Positions 36,731-50,268 of a stretch of 64,000 bases of DNA are shown one piece after another. The DNA is from Lama guanicoe. Taxonomy: Eukaryota. Every line of letters begins with the position of its first letter. Positions within the stretch are counted from its first letter, which is position 1. Made by a program: the position numbers and the translations under genes. The DNA lies in the NCBI GenBank assembly GCA_013239625.1, contig MU053504.1:1-64000 (forward strand), written 5' to 3'. Under the pieces are notes generated by a model that was not told the DNA's origin, ran no database searches, and saw only the letters and a program-made list of their open reading frames with translations.

Positions 36731-38593
36731 TTTGATATTTTTAAAGTTAAAATTAAATCTATCTAGATAGATAAAACATAATCTGAGTGGATCAGAGACT
36801 GGAAGGAGGTCCCACCCTGAATCCCCGGGAATTAGCTGGAATTGGTCAAAGGCTACATTGTGTGGTGTGAAAATCAGGACGTGTGGAAAAAGGGGAGGGG
36901 GACACCAAAACACCCACGCCCCAGGGCCCACTATAAAAAGCACATTTGAAAACACCAGACTGGAAACGTTTTTTTTTTTATTATTATTATTTTTTTAAAT
37001 AGCAAAAGCTCGTCCCCCCAGGAGGCGTGTTGCAGCTGCGGCCGTGGCAGTTCCCAGGTGATGTCAGTCCTGGCCCAGTGCCAGCCCCGGCCCCTTGGAG
37101 ACGGTCTTAGTGGGTTCAGCTTGACTGTTTTTCCTTCCTGAGACTTGAGGACACCTTCCTGTCTCAAAGAAAGCAGCCTTTCCAGGGCTTTCTGAGAGCC
37201 AGGGGCGGGGGAGGTGGTGGGCCTGGGCTGAGGAGACAGGAGGCCAGGGGAAGGTGGGTGAGGGGTGGGCAGGAGGGGGCGGCTGTGTCAGGGAGAAGAG
37301 GGTCAGGGAGCTGCAGACAGGCTCAGCTCCGGGGTGACTTCTTAACCATGCCACAGGGGACAGGAGGAGGGGTGCTCCTTGGGAATCCGAGGCCCACTTC
37401 CTTGACCCCTTCCTCGCCCTGCCCCGGCTGCTGCCTGGGGGGACACACTGGGGTGGGGTAGGGTTGGGGGCAAAAGATGTTCCCACGGAGTTCCCAGCTG
37501 GTCAGCGCCTTTTCTCTTCCCTAAGTTCTGGACCCATCCCTCTCTCCTCTATGGCTAAAGGCCAGCTGTCAGTATCTTCTGAGCTTCCAGACGTGGGTTT
37601 CTACAGACGGGCTGAACTGCAGAGCTGGGTTTGATGTCTAAATGCACTCCTGGCTGTGTGATCTCAGGCCAGTCACTGCTCTTTTTTGAGCTCCATCTGT
37701 GAAATGGGTAAAATCCTCCTTGTAGGGTGATTATGAGACAGCACGGTGTGATGCAAGTTCACATTCCTGCAGTGCAGGCTTGTCTCTGGGCAGGTTGTGG
37801 GGATGACCCCAGCCTCTCAGTCCTTCAGCAGGTGTCTGCTAAGCACCCACTATGTGCTGGCACTGTGGGAGGCCCTGGGATGCTGCCGTGTGGTGGCAGC
37901 CGGAGGTGTTGTGAGTAGGGGCTGTGGCCTGGCTCTGTGACCTGGGGGGAGTTGCCTCCTGCCTCAGAACCTTGGCGTTGAGCACGAGGGCAGCAGAGGA
38001 GGGAGGTTAAGGGGGTGGGCTCTGGACCCTGTGCGCCTGGGTCCAAATCCTGGCCTGTCATTCAGTGACTGCATGACCTTGGGGAGCTGTGAGGATGCTA
38101 AGAGCGCCTGCCTCAAGGAGCTGGGGAGGTGTAAGTGAGCTATAGGGCTCACCCCGTGCCTTGCCCAGAGGCGGTGCTCCGTGAGCCTTCGCCATCACTT
38201 TCTCTTCTGCCTGCAGAGGTTCACCTGACTTTGACTACTTCGCAGCACGGATCTGGGGTCTCAGAAGAGATGTATCAGGGATTATCAGGTTAGGTTCAGG
38301 GGAGATCCAGGGATCTGCAGGTGCCCCATTATTTATCTCATGCAGGGGTGGCCCAGACAACTTTGCAGAACCTTTCACACTTGGCAAAGCCTTTTCTTGC
38401 CTCAGAATCATCATCCTTATGTTTGTTCTAGTCTCTCCCACTCACACATCCCCTCCTCACAATTTATAATTTGCTCAGAGCCTGCTGATCTGATAGATAG
38501 CAGCCTCTGTGAGAGCAGGCACCACATCTGTCTTATTCTCTGTCCATCCCTAGAACCTTGCATGGTCCACGGAGCAGTTCAATACACGTTTGT

Positions 38594-38619
38594 TGACTGA
38601 CTGACTGACTGACTGACTG
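38594..38619. repeat. (TGAC)n tetranucleotide repeat
   Basis: tgactgactgactgactgactgactga. Confidence 0.95.
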
Positions 38620-41600
38620 AGCCACCTGCTTTAAGTTGGTCTATGATATTAAACTCTATCCTATGCCTCCTGATGAGTTTTACCTCCTTGCTGTGGCGCA
38701 GGCCACGGGACCTGGAGCCAGACCTGCCTGGGTTGGAATCAAGGCTATGCTGTTGCCGAGCTGAGTGACTTTAGGCTTGGTTTTCTAGTTTGTGAAATGG
38801 TTATGACAACAGTACCTACCTACGCAGGTTGTTGCAAGATTGTGAGGCCATTTTTTTTCTTACTGTGATTTTATTTATTTATTTTTTAAATTGACGTATA
38901 GTCAGTTTACAATGTTATGTCAAGTGAGGCCTTTCTTGTAAGTGACCTAGAACGGTGCCTCCAACTCTCATGCTTGTTGCTGCTCTGGGCAGGGTCACTA
39001 AGCAATGAAAACAAGGACTAGGACACATGAAAACTGATTCTGGCTCATCTCTGACTTGCTATGTGATGTTGAGGATGTGCCTTGCCTGCTCTGGGCCTCA
39101 GTGTCCCCACTGTTGATCTGAGGGGTTCTGAAGAGATGAACTCCAGGATTGTCCATTTAAAACCCTCCAACAGCCTGTATTTGGGCCCCTCCAATTCTGG
39201 GAATTCTGGCAATGCTGGGGAAGCCTGTGGGAGATGCAGCTTCCTGGACCCAAACCCATACTAATTCCTCGGTGCAGGCTGGGCTCTGGGCAGGGGTGAA
39301 GACTCAGGCTCGGGGAATGACCTTTTCTGTCTTATGATGGAAGCCAAGGTTCAGTTGGGTCCTTACAGGACTGGGCACATACCTCGTGAGGCCGTGCGGG
39401 CCAGTAGTTGAGAGTCCAGTGGGTCTTGTAGCCAGAACACTTAGTTCAATCCACTCACTTACCAGGGGCCATATGAATGCGGGCAAGTTCTCTAACCTCC
39501 CTGTGCCTCAGTGTCCTTATCTATAAAATGGAGCAGGCTATATTAAGTAACTTAAGTAAAGTGCATAGGCCAAGGCCTGACCATAGAGGGCCCTCAAAAA
39601 AGTCAGGCACTTTTCCAAGCTTAGAAGAATCTGGGCATCCAGAAAACACCAACTCCTAAATCTTACCAGCCCTCCCTCCCACACGGCCAGATTGCCTTCT
39701 GGTCTACTATGTGCAGGTTGTGCTGAGATGAGGAAAACTGAGGCCCAGAGAAAGGCAGACACCCACCCCAGGTCACACAGGAGCAGTGGCCAAGCTAGAC
39801 CAGGCCAGGTCTTCTGCCTTCCAGCCAGTTCACCCTCAGTTTCCAGGTCCTGCTGGCCTACCCTCTGACCCTGGCCCCCTGGGAGCTGATCCCAGGCCGG
39901 TGGGGTCTACAAGTCTGGTCTGGATTAGACACGCTGAGAAGCAAATGCTGCCCCCCCAACCCCAAGCAGGTCGCCTGGCGGGACCCGTGCTCACAGCTGC
40001 TGAGGCTCACAGGGACATAAATCATGGTGGCAGGAGGCTCCGGGGCTGGGACCCCTTTAACCTCCTAAAGGGCGCAGGGGCCTGAGAGTCATGGGCAGGG
40101 ATGCCTGGGTCCACCAGGAATGTTTTCCATCCCCAGTGAGGGCAGCTGAAGTAGGGCAGGTCACAGGGGGCCAGTAGACCATTTGGCAGGCCTCACATCC
40201 TAGCGGGCCAAGAGCTCAACTTTGTTTTAACTTTCACTCTGCAATCATTTACAAACATACAGAGAAGTGATGCAAGTAGTGCAGAGAGCTCCCATATACC
40301 CTTGACTTGGATTCACAAGTTTTAACAATTTGCCACATTTGCTTTCTCCTTCTCTCGCACACACAAATTATTTTTTTTCTGAACCATTTGAAGGGATGTC
40401 CCCTCCATCACATTCCTCTGCCCCTTAATACTTCAGGGGGTATTTCTGAAGCACAAGGATATCCTCTAACATAACCATACTGTTAGCAAATTCAGTAAGT
40501 GTAACGTTGATACTTCGTTGTTCTTATTCCAACTTTGTCAACTGCACAGTAATGTCCTCTGTACCATTACACCCCTGCAGGACAGGATCCAGCCCAGAGG
40601 CGTGCTACATTTTGCTGTCCAGGTCAAGACTTTTGATATCACGTCCACAGGAGGTAAAACACACAGTAGCAGGAAATTCAGATGGGGTTGAACAAAGGTG
40701 TTCAACTTTATAGGTATGGACTGATGTTTTTGTAAATCCTCTAATGTTCTCATGATACTGCATCATACTAGTGATTGTATATGGACGCTTAAGAGTTAAC
40801 TTGCTAAATGTGTCAGTTTTTGGAATTCTAGTCTGATGTTTTTATTTTTTTTAATCTAATAGGAGCTTCATAAAATGGAAGAGGCCTGGGCCACTGAGGG
40901 GAACTTCATGTGGTAGAGGAGCCTGGGGCTGGAGGCAGGGGCCCTGCATTCTCAGCCCTGCTCAGCTCCAAATGCTGTGCAATTCTGGCCCATTGCTGTC
41001 CCTATCTGGGCTTTGGTTTCCCCATTGCCATGGACGACCTCTGAGGCCTTCCCACTTGCAATTGTGGAACTAGGGAAGAGAGCCCTGAGTGGCGATCAGG
41101 GAGACCTGGGCTCCCAGTGGCCCAGGAGAGCCTTGCTGGGGAACCTTGGGCAGTTTGCTTCATCTGTATTGGCTCAGCTTCTCACTGTGAAATGACTGAG
41201 TCTGAGATCCTTCTTGTGCTGATGCTCCTTGTGTCTAAGAGTTTGGGTGGAAGGTGTGACCTGATATTTAAGCCTCCCCCCTTCAGGGTCCCAGGTGGCC
41301 TGGCTGAAGCTGCTCATTCTACCCTCCTCAGCCCTGGGTTTCTTCTGCCTGAGCAACTTTACTCCTCTGGCCCCAAGTCGGCCCCTGCTCAGGCAGCCTG
41401 CAGAAGCCTGGCTGGGCTGGCCCATCCTGAAGGTGGAAGGTGTGTGTGTTGGGGGCAGGGATGTTAGGCAAATGGCCCCAGAGGTCCTGGTCCACAGCTG
41501 TGCCAGGTCATGTGTATTGGGCTGGCCTTGTAGCTCACAAGGGGTCCGAGACATTAACTATCCCCCACTCAGGAACCAGGCTCAGGGAAGACAGCAAACA

Positions 41601-43672
41601 GCAAAATGTGCAGAATGGAGCACCATGCAGCTATGAAAAAGCACGAAGCAGCTCTTTGAACACTGAAGGGTCTCCAAGATGCATTGTTAAGGAAAAAAAA
41701 AGTCCAAGTATATAACAGTGGGTAAAATGCTACCTCTTATGTAGAAAAACAAGACCTATGTGAATTGGTATGCTGTAAAAGATCAAGTGCATGTGTATGT
41801 TTTCTACAAATCTCTGCAGGATGACAGTGTTAACTGTGGTTGTCTTTGGGATGGGTGATATTTCTAGGGTCTTGTAGTGTTTCAATTTTTTTTTACAATG
41901 GAAACATAAGCAGAGAAACCTAGAAATACTTTTTTAGAACCAGTAATCAGTATAGAGCATTTCTGGAAGGACACATGGGAAACTGCTAACAGCAGTCGGC
42001 TTTGGGGTGGAGTCTGAGGGAGGTACGTACTTTTCCCTGCATACTATTGGATACAACTTCTATTATCTACCCAGAGCAAATGATCTATGAACAACTACAT
42101 ACCAATGCAAAACAAATTAATTATTATTCTGCTCCAGCTGTTCCTGCTGGTTAGGGATTGGGTCAGGGAAGCCCAGAGGGGTCACACAACTTCTTGGGGG
42201 TCACCCAGCAAATCTGGTGGCAGAAGTGGGCCTCCAGCCCAGAGCACCCAAGTGTCTGCTCTGTCCCCACTCCCAGGTTTCCTGCCATTGACAATGTCAC
42301 AGTCCTTTTCCTGTGGCTTTGCCAGGGGCTGCCTGGACCTGGCCCTGGGTAGTTGCAGGGAGTGCAATGTGCTTTCCTAATTAGCTTCTGAAAGGCAACT
42401 GTCTGTTGATCTGCAAAATGGGCAGCCCCACATAGCTGAGTCTGAGTATCAAACGCAGGGGGTGACAGAGCAGAGCCGATAGAAGCGCGGACTCTGGAGC
42501 CAGGTTTCAGTTGGCAAACGCTAAATAAAAGTGTTAAAAAAAATAAATTAAAAAACAGGCACATGAATGTCCCTGGAGGAAAGGGTGGCTGCCTGGCTCT
42601 GCTGCCTCTCCTGGCTCCTCTCCCTGCCTCCAGCCTCCTGAGCGTCTCTGATCCTGGCCCCACAGAGAGAGCCAAGAACTCCTGGCTCCACTGACCAGCT
42701 GTCCCTGTTACACTCTAGGTTGGATCTGTGAGATGGGGAGACACCTTCCCCCAACTCCCAGGGCCACTGGGAGAATGACTGGGGTCACAAAACTGGCACC
42801 CCATCTGGGGCATCTCCAGGGCAGAGGAAGGAGCTCACTTTGGGCTTTAAATTTGGACAGACTTCATGTTGTCACCCTGCCACGTGCCAGCCAGGAGGCT
42901 TTGGGTATCATTGTTTCTTCAAATCATCTCAGCTACAACAGGGGTAAGAGCATCCCATTAGCACACACTCGTTTGCACATGTGGAAAACCACGTGCCTGC
43001 CCAGCCCTGTTTGTAAAGACATGGATAATGGGTGGGTTAAAGTACAGTACATTCCCAAATGGAATAAACAGCTACTAAAGGAATGAAGGTACCCTTTCCC
43101 GTTATGTACTGACTTGGATGACAGCCAAGCTAGATTAAGGAAAAAAAAAATACAAGCAGCAGAAAACGGGTATGATGTACTACTGTTTGTGTAAAGAGTG
43201 TAAGAAAACAGATACATATATTTCTGTATTTGCTTGATTATTCACAGGGAACGGGGATGTCAAAACAAAACAAAAAACTAATGCTAAGCCTGCCTGTAGT
43301 GGGAGAACTGTGCCAAGAGAACAGGGGGGAGGGTGACTTTTTACCACATATCCGCTTGTACCTTTTGAATTCTGGACCATGTGGATGAATATATTCCTTA
43401 TTCAAAAATAAATAAAATTAAGATTTTGTTTTTAAAATCAACTACACCAGACACCCAACAGTTGTTCAAGAAGATGGTGAGGAAAGTTTGGTTATCCTGA
43501 CTTCTGGAGACGGTGTCCCCTACCTCCCTGCCGCCTCAATCCCTCCAGAACACAGGGCAGCACCTGTGACATCCGTCTCTTCCAAGGTCCAGGAGAGGGG
43601 CGACCTCTGACCTCTGATGTTCCCAGGCCCCTCCCATCTTCAGTTGGGAACATCTTTTACTTAAAAATACCT

Positions 43673-43678
43673 TTTATT
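43673..43678 (-). terminator. TCF15: Probable TCF15 polyadenylation signal AATAAA
   Basis: First AATAAA on the minus strand after the stop codon (about 350 nt downstream), in the context tttaaAATAAAaggtattttt. Confidence 0.75.
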
Positions 43679-44024
43679 TTAAACCCATCAATTCTCTCTC
43701 ACACACACACCCCGACACTCATGCACAGACAAGCACACATCCTCTGTCATCAACTGTCTTTGTTTTTCCAAAAGTTCTGCCTTGTCTCTGACCAGCCAGG
43801 GCTGGGGCTGGCTGGACGTGTCCTCACAGCTCTCCAGGGTGGGGTGGAGATGTCCCAGGGGGCCTGCTCAGAGGGTCATGGGCCCAGGCCATTGTCCTCT
43901 GATCCCTGCACAAAGAAGGGACCTGGGTTCGGCTCCTGGGGTCTTCTCGCCTGTTCACCCGGTGGCTGGCCTCTGGCCTCCTTCTCAGGGTCCTGCTTGG
44001 AGCAAATGACACAGGGTTCCAGGC

Positions 44025-44099
44025 TCATCTCCGTGGCACTCGAAGTGGGGCCACCCCCCTCACCTTCAAGCAGCTGCTCCCTAGGTCACGACGGCTACC
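44025..44099 (-). CDS. TCF15: TCF15 coding exon 2 (24 aa + TGA)
   Basis: Acceptor cctctctctcccttcctgcag| then [24 protein letters not shown], which matches the TCF15 C-terminus. Intron is 44100-48589 (4490 bp) and the spliced protein is 197 aa. Too short to appear in the ORF track. Confidence 0.96.
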   Translation of the reverse strand, partial: GSRRDLGSSCLKVRGVAPLRVPRR

Positions 44100-47000
44100 C
44101 TGCAGGAAGGGAGAGAGAGGTATTAGGGGGTTCGATCAGGTCACTATGAACACCGGAACTACTAACCTCTGTGTCCAGCAATAGGGAACTTGATAAACAA
44201 GTCACATTTAGTCACATAGTCAAGTTCTTGCAACAGAAGGCAGAAGAAACTTTATGGACTGATAGGGGATGATGTTGAGATAACATCATTTAAGGACAAA
44301 AGCAAGGACTGAGTGCACCTTCCTGTGTGCTGAGAAGTCCAGAGAGAAGGGCACATGGGAAACTGCTAATGGGTTTCCTTGTGGGAGAGGAATGTGATGA
44401 GGAGACAGGATATGAGGGGGGCTTTTTTTAACTCTGTATACTTTTTTACCTTTTTCATTTCTTCCCCATGTAATTGGCTGCTTTAAAAAAAATCCAATAC
44501 AGTTTAAATCATACTATTTTAGGGGGGTGGGTATAGCTCAGTGGTAGAGTGCATACATTCTGGAATTCTGGCCTCCCTGCCTTCATTCAGGGTGTCCACT
44601 CAGCTAGAAATCTAATCTGTTCTCTGGCCCTGTCCTGGGATGACTTCTGTATTCCTACAATTGCCTAGCATTTCTTGCCTTTCTGGGGACATTCCACCAG
44701 GATAAAACCCAGATGGGGTCTCTCTTGTGTTCCTGCATCAGGCTGGGACCTCAGGGAGTGGTCGCGAAAGTATCTCACTCTGTGGCCCCAGTTCCAGTCC
44801 TGGGCCTGGCATGGGGCAGGTGCCAACCAATGCTGCTTGGATCCGGGGTGTCCACTGGAAGACAAGCTAATGGTGGAAGCCACTGAAGCCACCTGTCCCT
44901 CATGCTGCAGGGACCATCTCTACTCACTGTTCTGAGGTCTGACACATGGGTTTCATCCTCACTGAAGCCAGCAAGGTCACAGACATTAGAGTACCCGCTC
45001 TTTTTGAGGTCTTCCAGCACTGCGCGGCTGGCTCAGAGGTACCCACAGAGTGGGGAAAAGGCTGGGCTAGACATCCAAGGTGTCCAACAGTCTGTCCTGT
45101 TTCCCCAGGACACAATGGTGTCTGAAATCTCACTGTAAATGCTCACCGCCTGAGCCTGGCTAGGAGATGATGGAACAGGCATCTTTCTCAGCCATCTAGA
45201 GAAATAGCTGACCATCTGGGAGCTCTGGTCCCTGCCCCCCTCCACTCCTGGGCCCAGGTTGGGGCAGATCCATCCAGATGCGAGCCCAGCCTCCCTTGAG
45301 GCTCTCTGGGCCCAGGGACAGTGTGTTCATTCACAGGCAGGGCTATTTTGAGGGCTGAGGCCACAGTCCCAGCAGAGCCTGGAGCCTGGGCTTCTCAGAC
45401 AAACTCTGGCAACAGTGGCTGAGAAGGGCGGATGGGGGTGGGGGGGTGCAGCATCGAGGTTAGAGGATAGAAAACTGGCCTCCCACCTTCTCATTCAAAG
45501 TCTTCAGGGTCAGGGGTCAGGGAGAGCCACCTCCACCTCAAGTCTGGCAGTCATCACAAGACCTGGATCCCCTGAGAACACTGGGACTGTTCACCTCCCT
45601 GGACCTCACTTTCTTCATCTGTGAAATGGGGACGAAATGATTCTACTCGCTACCCCAGGGTGCAGTCGAATGAAATGCAGCTGTGAAAGAGGCCTGTAAA
45701 CTGCCAAAAGTGCTTAGAAGAGGCCCAGATTAGGCCTTGGCTTCTTTGTCCCTTCGAAACTCCGCACCAAGGGCTCTGGGAAGCACTGTGGTTAGGTGGC
45801 TAGAGTGAAAGAGATCTGGGCTTCAGTCCCTGTTCTGCCTTGGACTACCTGTTGGACCTCGGGCGAGGGCAAGTGACTTCAGCTCGCTGAGCCTCGGTTT
45901 CCTTGTGTGTAAACTGGAGTTACTGTCAGGATTACACATGTTAACACAGGTAAAGCCCTTAGCACAGTGTCAGGAACACAGTAAGCATTCAATAAATGTT
46001 CACAAGTATTAGCATCAGCATCGTCCGCTGATGGCGCCTCCTTACCCTACTGTACTCTGTGCCACTTCTGCCCCACAGCTGGGTATACCAAGTGGGGAGG
46101 GCCTTACAAGATGAGCCTATTCAACTCCCACCCCCACTCAAAAGCGACAAAAGGGAAAACAGGGCAGAGACAAGAACCCCATTCCCAACCCCCGTGCTAT
46201 GTCTACCACGGAGGGCCACACCTAACCCTTCCTTGAATAGGAAGATGCCACAGGCAGCTGTTTCCATGGTGACCCTAACCCCCAGACCAGCTGGCTGGCA
46301 AGGAGGTGGTGGCTTAGAGTGAAAGGGTAGGGTCTGGGGCCTTGGCGCTCTCCGACCCCCAAAGCTCAGAAGAAAGCCCCCCACAGGCTCCCCAAGACAG
46401 CCAGTTTTCTTCCAGTCGAGCCTTTGAGGGGCCAGAGCCGGCCAGGATCGCCCCTTTTGCCTAGTCCCACAGGAGCCTGTGGGGGGAAAGCGTGGCTTCT
46501 GTGGCCAAATTTGGCTGAGTTCTAGGTCTCACAGTCAGATTCCAGGGAAGCAGCCAAACCCAGGCGAGGCCCTAAGATCTCAAGACCAGCTAAGTCCCAC
46601 AGCCTATCTGCTGTGGGGGCGGGCACGTAATCGACACATCCCTTCCCCCAGGCCTGCCCTTACAGAGCCCTCCCTCACTAACTTTTCTCACTTCCCAATC
46701 AGGCAGGCCTGAGTTTGAATCCTGCCTCCATCATGGACAGTGTCTCTGAACCAGTGACAGCATCTCTGAGCAGGTGGGGGATAACCAGAGCACCTCCTTC
46801 CCCAGTTAGGTGGGTTTTAATGGTAACATGTGGAGAGCACTTAGCACAGTGCAGACGCTGCTGTGACTGGCCAGTCTTCGCCTCCCCTCTGTGTGCTGCC
46901 ACCTTCAGCGTCTTCCCTTTTCCTTTTCTAGGTCATGTTTTCTGACCCCAGGGCTCTCTGTGCCCTACCCCCTCATCTGTCTGCTTGCATCCCCGAGCAT

Positions 47001-48589
47001 CTGTCAGAATTTAGCCCCTGAGTCAGGGGCTTCTTCTGACCCTGACAGTCCCTTTGTGCCCCCTCCCTTTCCATCAGACGGCACTATCCCGGTCTTTACC
47101 TCCTGGTCCAGACCCTGGCCCTGCACTGGGAGTTCCTGACTGTGGTGGATGGGCAACCATGACCTGCTTCTCTGGGGACATTCTCAGAGTCTACAAAAAG
47201 GTAGTTGGGTAGTTGAGGTGTGCTGAGCTGAATGAATGGGTGAAAGGCAGTCAAGGACTGTTACTGAGGCCCAGTCAGCCCTCATACCCCAGGCTGGGTG
47301 CCTGAAGGCCCACCCTGGTTTCCCAGCCCAACCTGGAGCACAGACCAGGGCCCACACCTGGGAGCATCAGGGACCCTCAAGAGAGTTCAAATCTGAATTA
47401 AAAAGACAGACTCAGAGAAACTGAGGTGGCCATGGGGGTGAGAGATCACAACAGGAGTCTGATGAGCCAGAAGCGGGTGGTCTGAGGCCAGGACACAGAG
47501 ACTTCCCCATAACGGAGTGAACTGGGGGAGCTAAGGCAGCTGTGAGAATCAAAGACCTGGGGCCCCAGAGGCCTGACTCCAATCCCCCATGCCCCTTCAT
47601 TTTCAAGAAGGCCATGGGCCAGTCAGGGACTCTCAGCCTCAGTTTCACCAGCTGTAAATGGTAGCTGCTGTAATCCAAAGCTTTCATGCAGGCAAGCCTC
47701 CTTACTCTAAGAAAAGCTCAGGCCAAAAGAGGGAAAGGCTGGAGGTGAAGCAGGCTCCTTGGGGCCCAAGCAGGAGAAAACCAGTTTTCAGCCAGAGGCG
47801 CCTACCCCCACCAGCAACCCAGCCCCATCTATCCCCTACCAGCCTGGGTCTCCTCCTTACTCAGGACAGACCACAGGAGCTTACCTCCAGCTCTGCCCTC
47901 TGACTCAACAGTGCCCTTTCCAGACACTGCATCCCTTTTGGGACTGGGTGTTCTGGGCGTCCTCAGGGGACCCCCTCCCTCACTCCTACTGCTCGTCAGC
48001 TTGGTACCCCAGGCTCTTGGTTGGGGTGGGCATCCCCTTTTCTTCTCAGTCTCTTGCCTTTAGGTCAGTCTCAGGATGTGGGGCAATTATACTATGGCAA
48101 GGGCAGCTCAGGGCAACACATGCCCAACGAAGCCAGGGCCTGCATTCTCTGGCCTCCCAGCTGAGTAAGTGTGGGCACTCCTCTGGCCCCAGATCCTCAC
48201 CAGTGAGCAAATAGGCAGAATTACCTGCCTGACAGGTAATTGTAAAGGTGCAAAGAAAGAGGGCGAGGAACGCGCCGGCACATAGGAAGAGCTCTATAAA
48301 AACCTTTGTTATGATTTCCTCACGCGCTGTTCCTCGCACACCTTTAGTCCCCAGAGCAATCTCCATCCTTTAAATCACGCCTGAGCTCTGGGCTTCCCTA
48401 CATCCCTTGTCTGGGGGACGTTAAGTAGCGGTTCTGTTCCGCACCGAACCCTGGGCTTGGAAGGCCACTCCTCCAACGACTCCACGTCGCTCCCTCCTCT
48501 CTTCACTGGGGTCTCGGACCCTCTTTTGCTCCCTAAGAGGCTCCGTCCCTTGACCTAGAGGACTCGGTACTGGAGGGCTGCGCACTCAC

Positions 48590-49108
48590 CCCCTTGCGCT
48601 GATTGCTGAGGCAGAAGGTGCAGATAGAGCGCGGCTGACGACCGCCGTCGGGGGTGGCGGGGACCGCGCTCTTGGCACTGCCAGCTGCACGGAAGCACGG
48701 CTGCCCGTCGTCGGCCGCGTCGCCCAGAAGTAGCACGTTGGCCAGGTGCGCGATGTAGCTGGACGCCAGGCGCAGCGTCTCGATCTTGGACAGCTTGCGG
48801 TCCACCGGCTCGGTGGGGATGAGCGTGCGCAGCGCCGTGAAGGCCGTGTTCACGCTCTGCGTGCGGTCCCGCTCCCGCGCGTTGGCCGCCTGTCGTTGTC
48901 GCACCACCACCACCGGGCCCGCACTGCCGCTCGCCCGTCGCCCGCCCCCGGGGCCGGGACCGCGCCGCGCCGCCTCCAGGCCCTCGCAGCAGCCGAACGA
49001 CTGGTCAGAGGCGTCGCTCTCGCTGCGGTTCTCTTCGTCCTCGCTCAGCAGCCGCACGTCCGGGTACAGCACGTGCGCGCCGACGGGGCGCAGCAGCGCG
49101 AACGCCAT
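48590..49108 (-). CDS. TCF15: TCF15 (paraxis) coding exon 1, 173 codons including the whole bHLH domain
   Basis: ATG at 49108-49106 in context CCCATGG. Translation [41 protein letters not shown]...[57 protein letters not shown]...[14 protein letters not shown] is recognisably TCF15. It ends at a phase-0 donor GGG|GTGAGT (intron starts 48589). Confidence 0.98.
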
Positions 49109-49199
49109 GGGCGCCGGGCCGCGTCCCTCCGTGCGCTGCGTCCCAGCGTTGGCCGCGCCCCGCCGTGCGCTCCCGCGCGCTCCCACGGCCCCGCCGGCC

Positions 49200-49320
49200 G
49201 CCGCCTTATAGCCGAGGGAGGGGCCAGTCCCGAGGCCGCCCCGGTCGGGGCGGGGGGCTCCGCCCTGGCCAATGGGGAGGCGCCCGCCGCGCCTCGGCCA
49301 ATGGCGACTCGCCCGCCGCC
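49200..49320 (-). promoter_or_regulatory. TCF15: TCF15 core/proximal promoter
   Basis: TATAA on the minus strand at 49210-49206, about 100 nt upstream of the ATG. GC box GGGGCGGGG at 49247-49255. Two GGCCAATGG CCAAT boxes with CCAAT at 49269-49273 and 49298-49302. Confidence 0.85.
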
Positions 49321-50219
49321 CCCGTTCCTTAGGTTGAAAGCGGCCCGCGAGCTGGTGGCCCTCCCCGAAGGCTCCGGGTTCCCGCGGGTCGGCGGGGCAA
49401 ACACCGGGAGTCGCGGTGGGTGGGGTGGGCTGTGCCCTGATCCGGACTCCTTTTCCTCAGCCGTACCACAGGTCCCTTCTCCTCTCTTGGCTTCGGGTTA
49501 CGGAGAAACTAGCTCGGGTTTTTCGGCCCTCAAATTCTAATACTGTGGTTTTGTACCTTTCGTGTGTGGAAAAATTAGGAGAGGAAGCCTTCTGACATGA
49601 TAAATTCCCGATTCTCCCCATCCTGATTCAGCAGGCCTGGAATGGGGCCCAGGAATCTGCATTTGTACAAGGCGGCGGTGTCCATGGAGACCAGTTGGAG
49701 AAACACTATAATCTTTCCAAATATGGACTTGACGGTGTCACATCTCTGACGACAAACTTAAAAAAAAAGGCAAAACCAAAACAAACCCCACATACGCCAT
49801 TAGTGCCACTAATTCATTTATTCATTCAACAAATATTTACTGGGTCCCTGCTATGTAAGACATGGTTTTAGGTGAGGATAGAGACGTAAACAAAACAAAC
49901 TCTGCCTTCACAGAGTTGACATTTTGGTTGAGGCCCTACCACCGAAATGGTCGTTCCAGACACTGCTGAGTGCTTTCCTGTTCCGCACTGCTATTGTGGG
50001 GGAGTACCCCTGATTAGGGGTAAGAGAGCTCTGGTCTTAGAGTGAGAGCCCTGGCTCCAGCCTGTTTGGCTTCACTGTCACCCCTGTCCTGTTTCCACTA
50101 CAGTAAAATGCAAGTTTCTCTCCCTTACTCCCCACAATTCCATCCTGGAGCGCTGCAGCCTCCCTGGCTCCAAATCCACGCCCTCCCCTTTCCTCTGCTT
50201 GAAATGCCAACCCCGCCCC

Positions 50220-50222
<3 letters not shown>

Positions 50223-50266
<44 letters not shown>
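50223..50266. repeat. (AC)n microsatellite about 1 kb upstream of TCF15
   Basis: Perfect AC run of about 22 units. Confidence 0.97.

Positions 50267-50268
<2 letters not shown>

Larger units (their letters stand above)
48400..49540. promoter_or_regulatory. CpG island over TCF15 promoter and exon 1
   Basis: Visibly very high GC and CpG density against CpG-depleted flanks. Edges are approximate. Confidence 0.9.

Noticed and set aside
48533..48589. Read-through C-terminus [18 protein letters not shown]
   Set aside because: It lies beyond a consensus GTGAGT donor. The true C-terminus is in exon 2.
49109..49186. 26-aa N-terminal extension of TCF15 in the ORF track
   Set aside because: It starts at GTG about 20 nt from the TATA box, at or before the likely TSS. 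The known protein starts MAFALL.
48746..49540. 264-aa and 141-aa plus-strand ORFs
   Set aside because: Antisense shadows of the GC-rich TCF15 exon and CpG island, with non-ATG starts.
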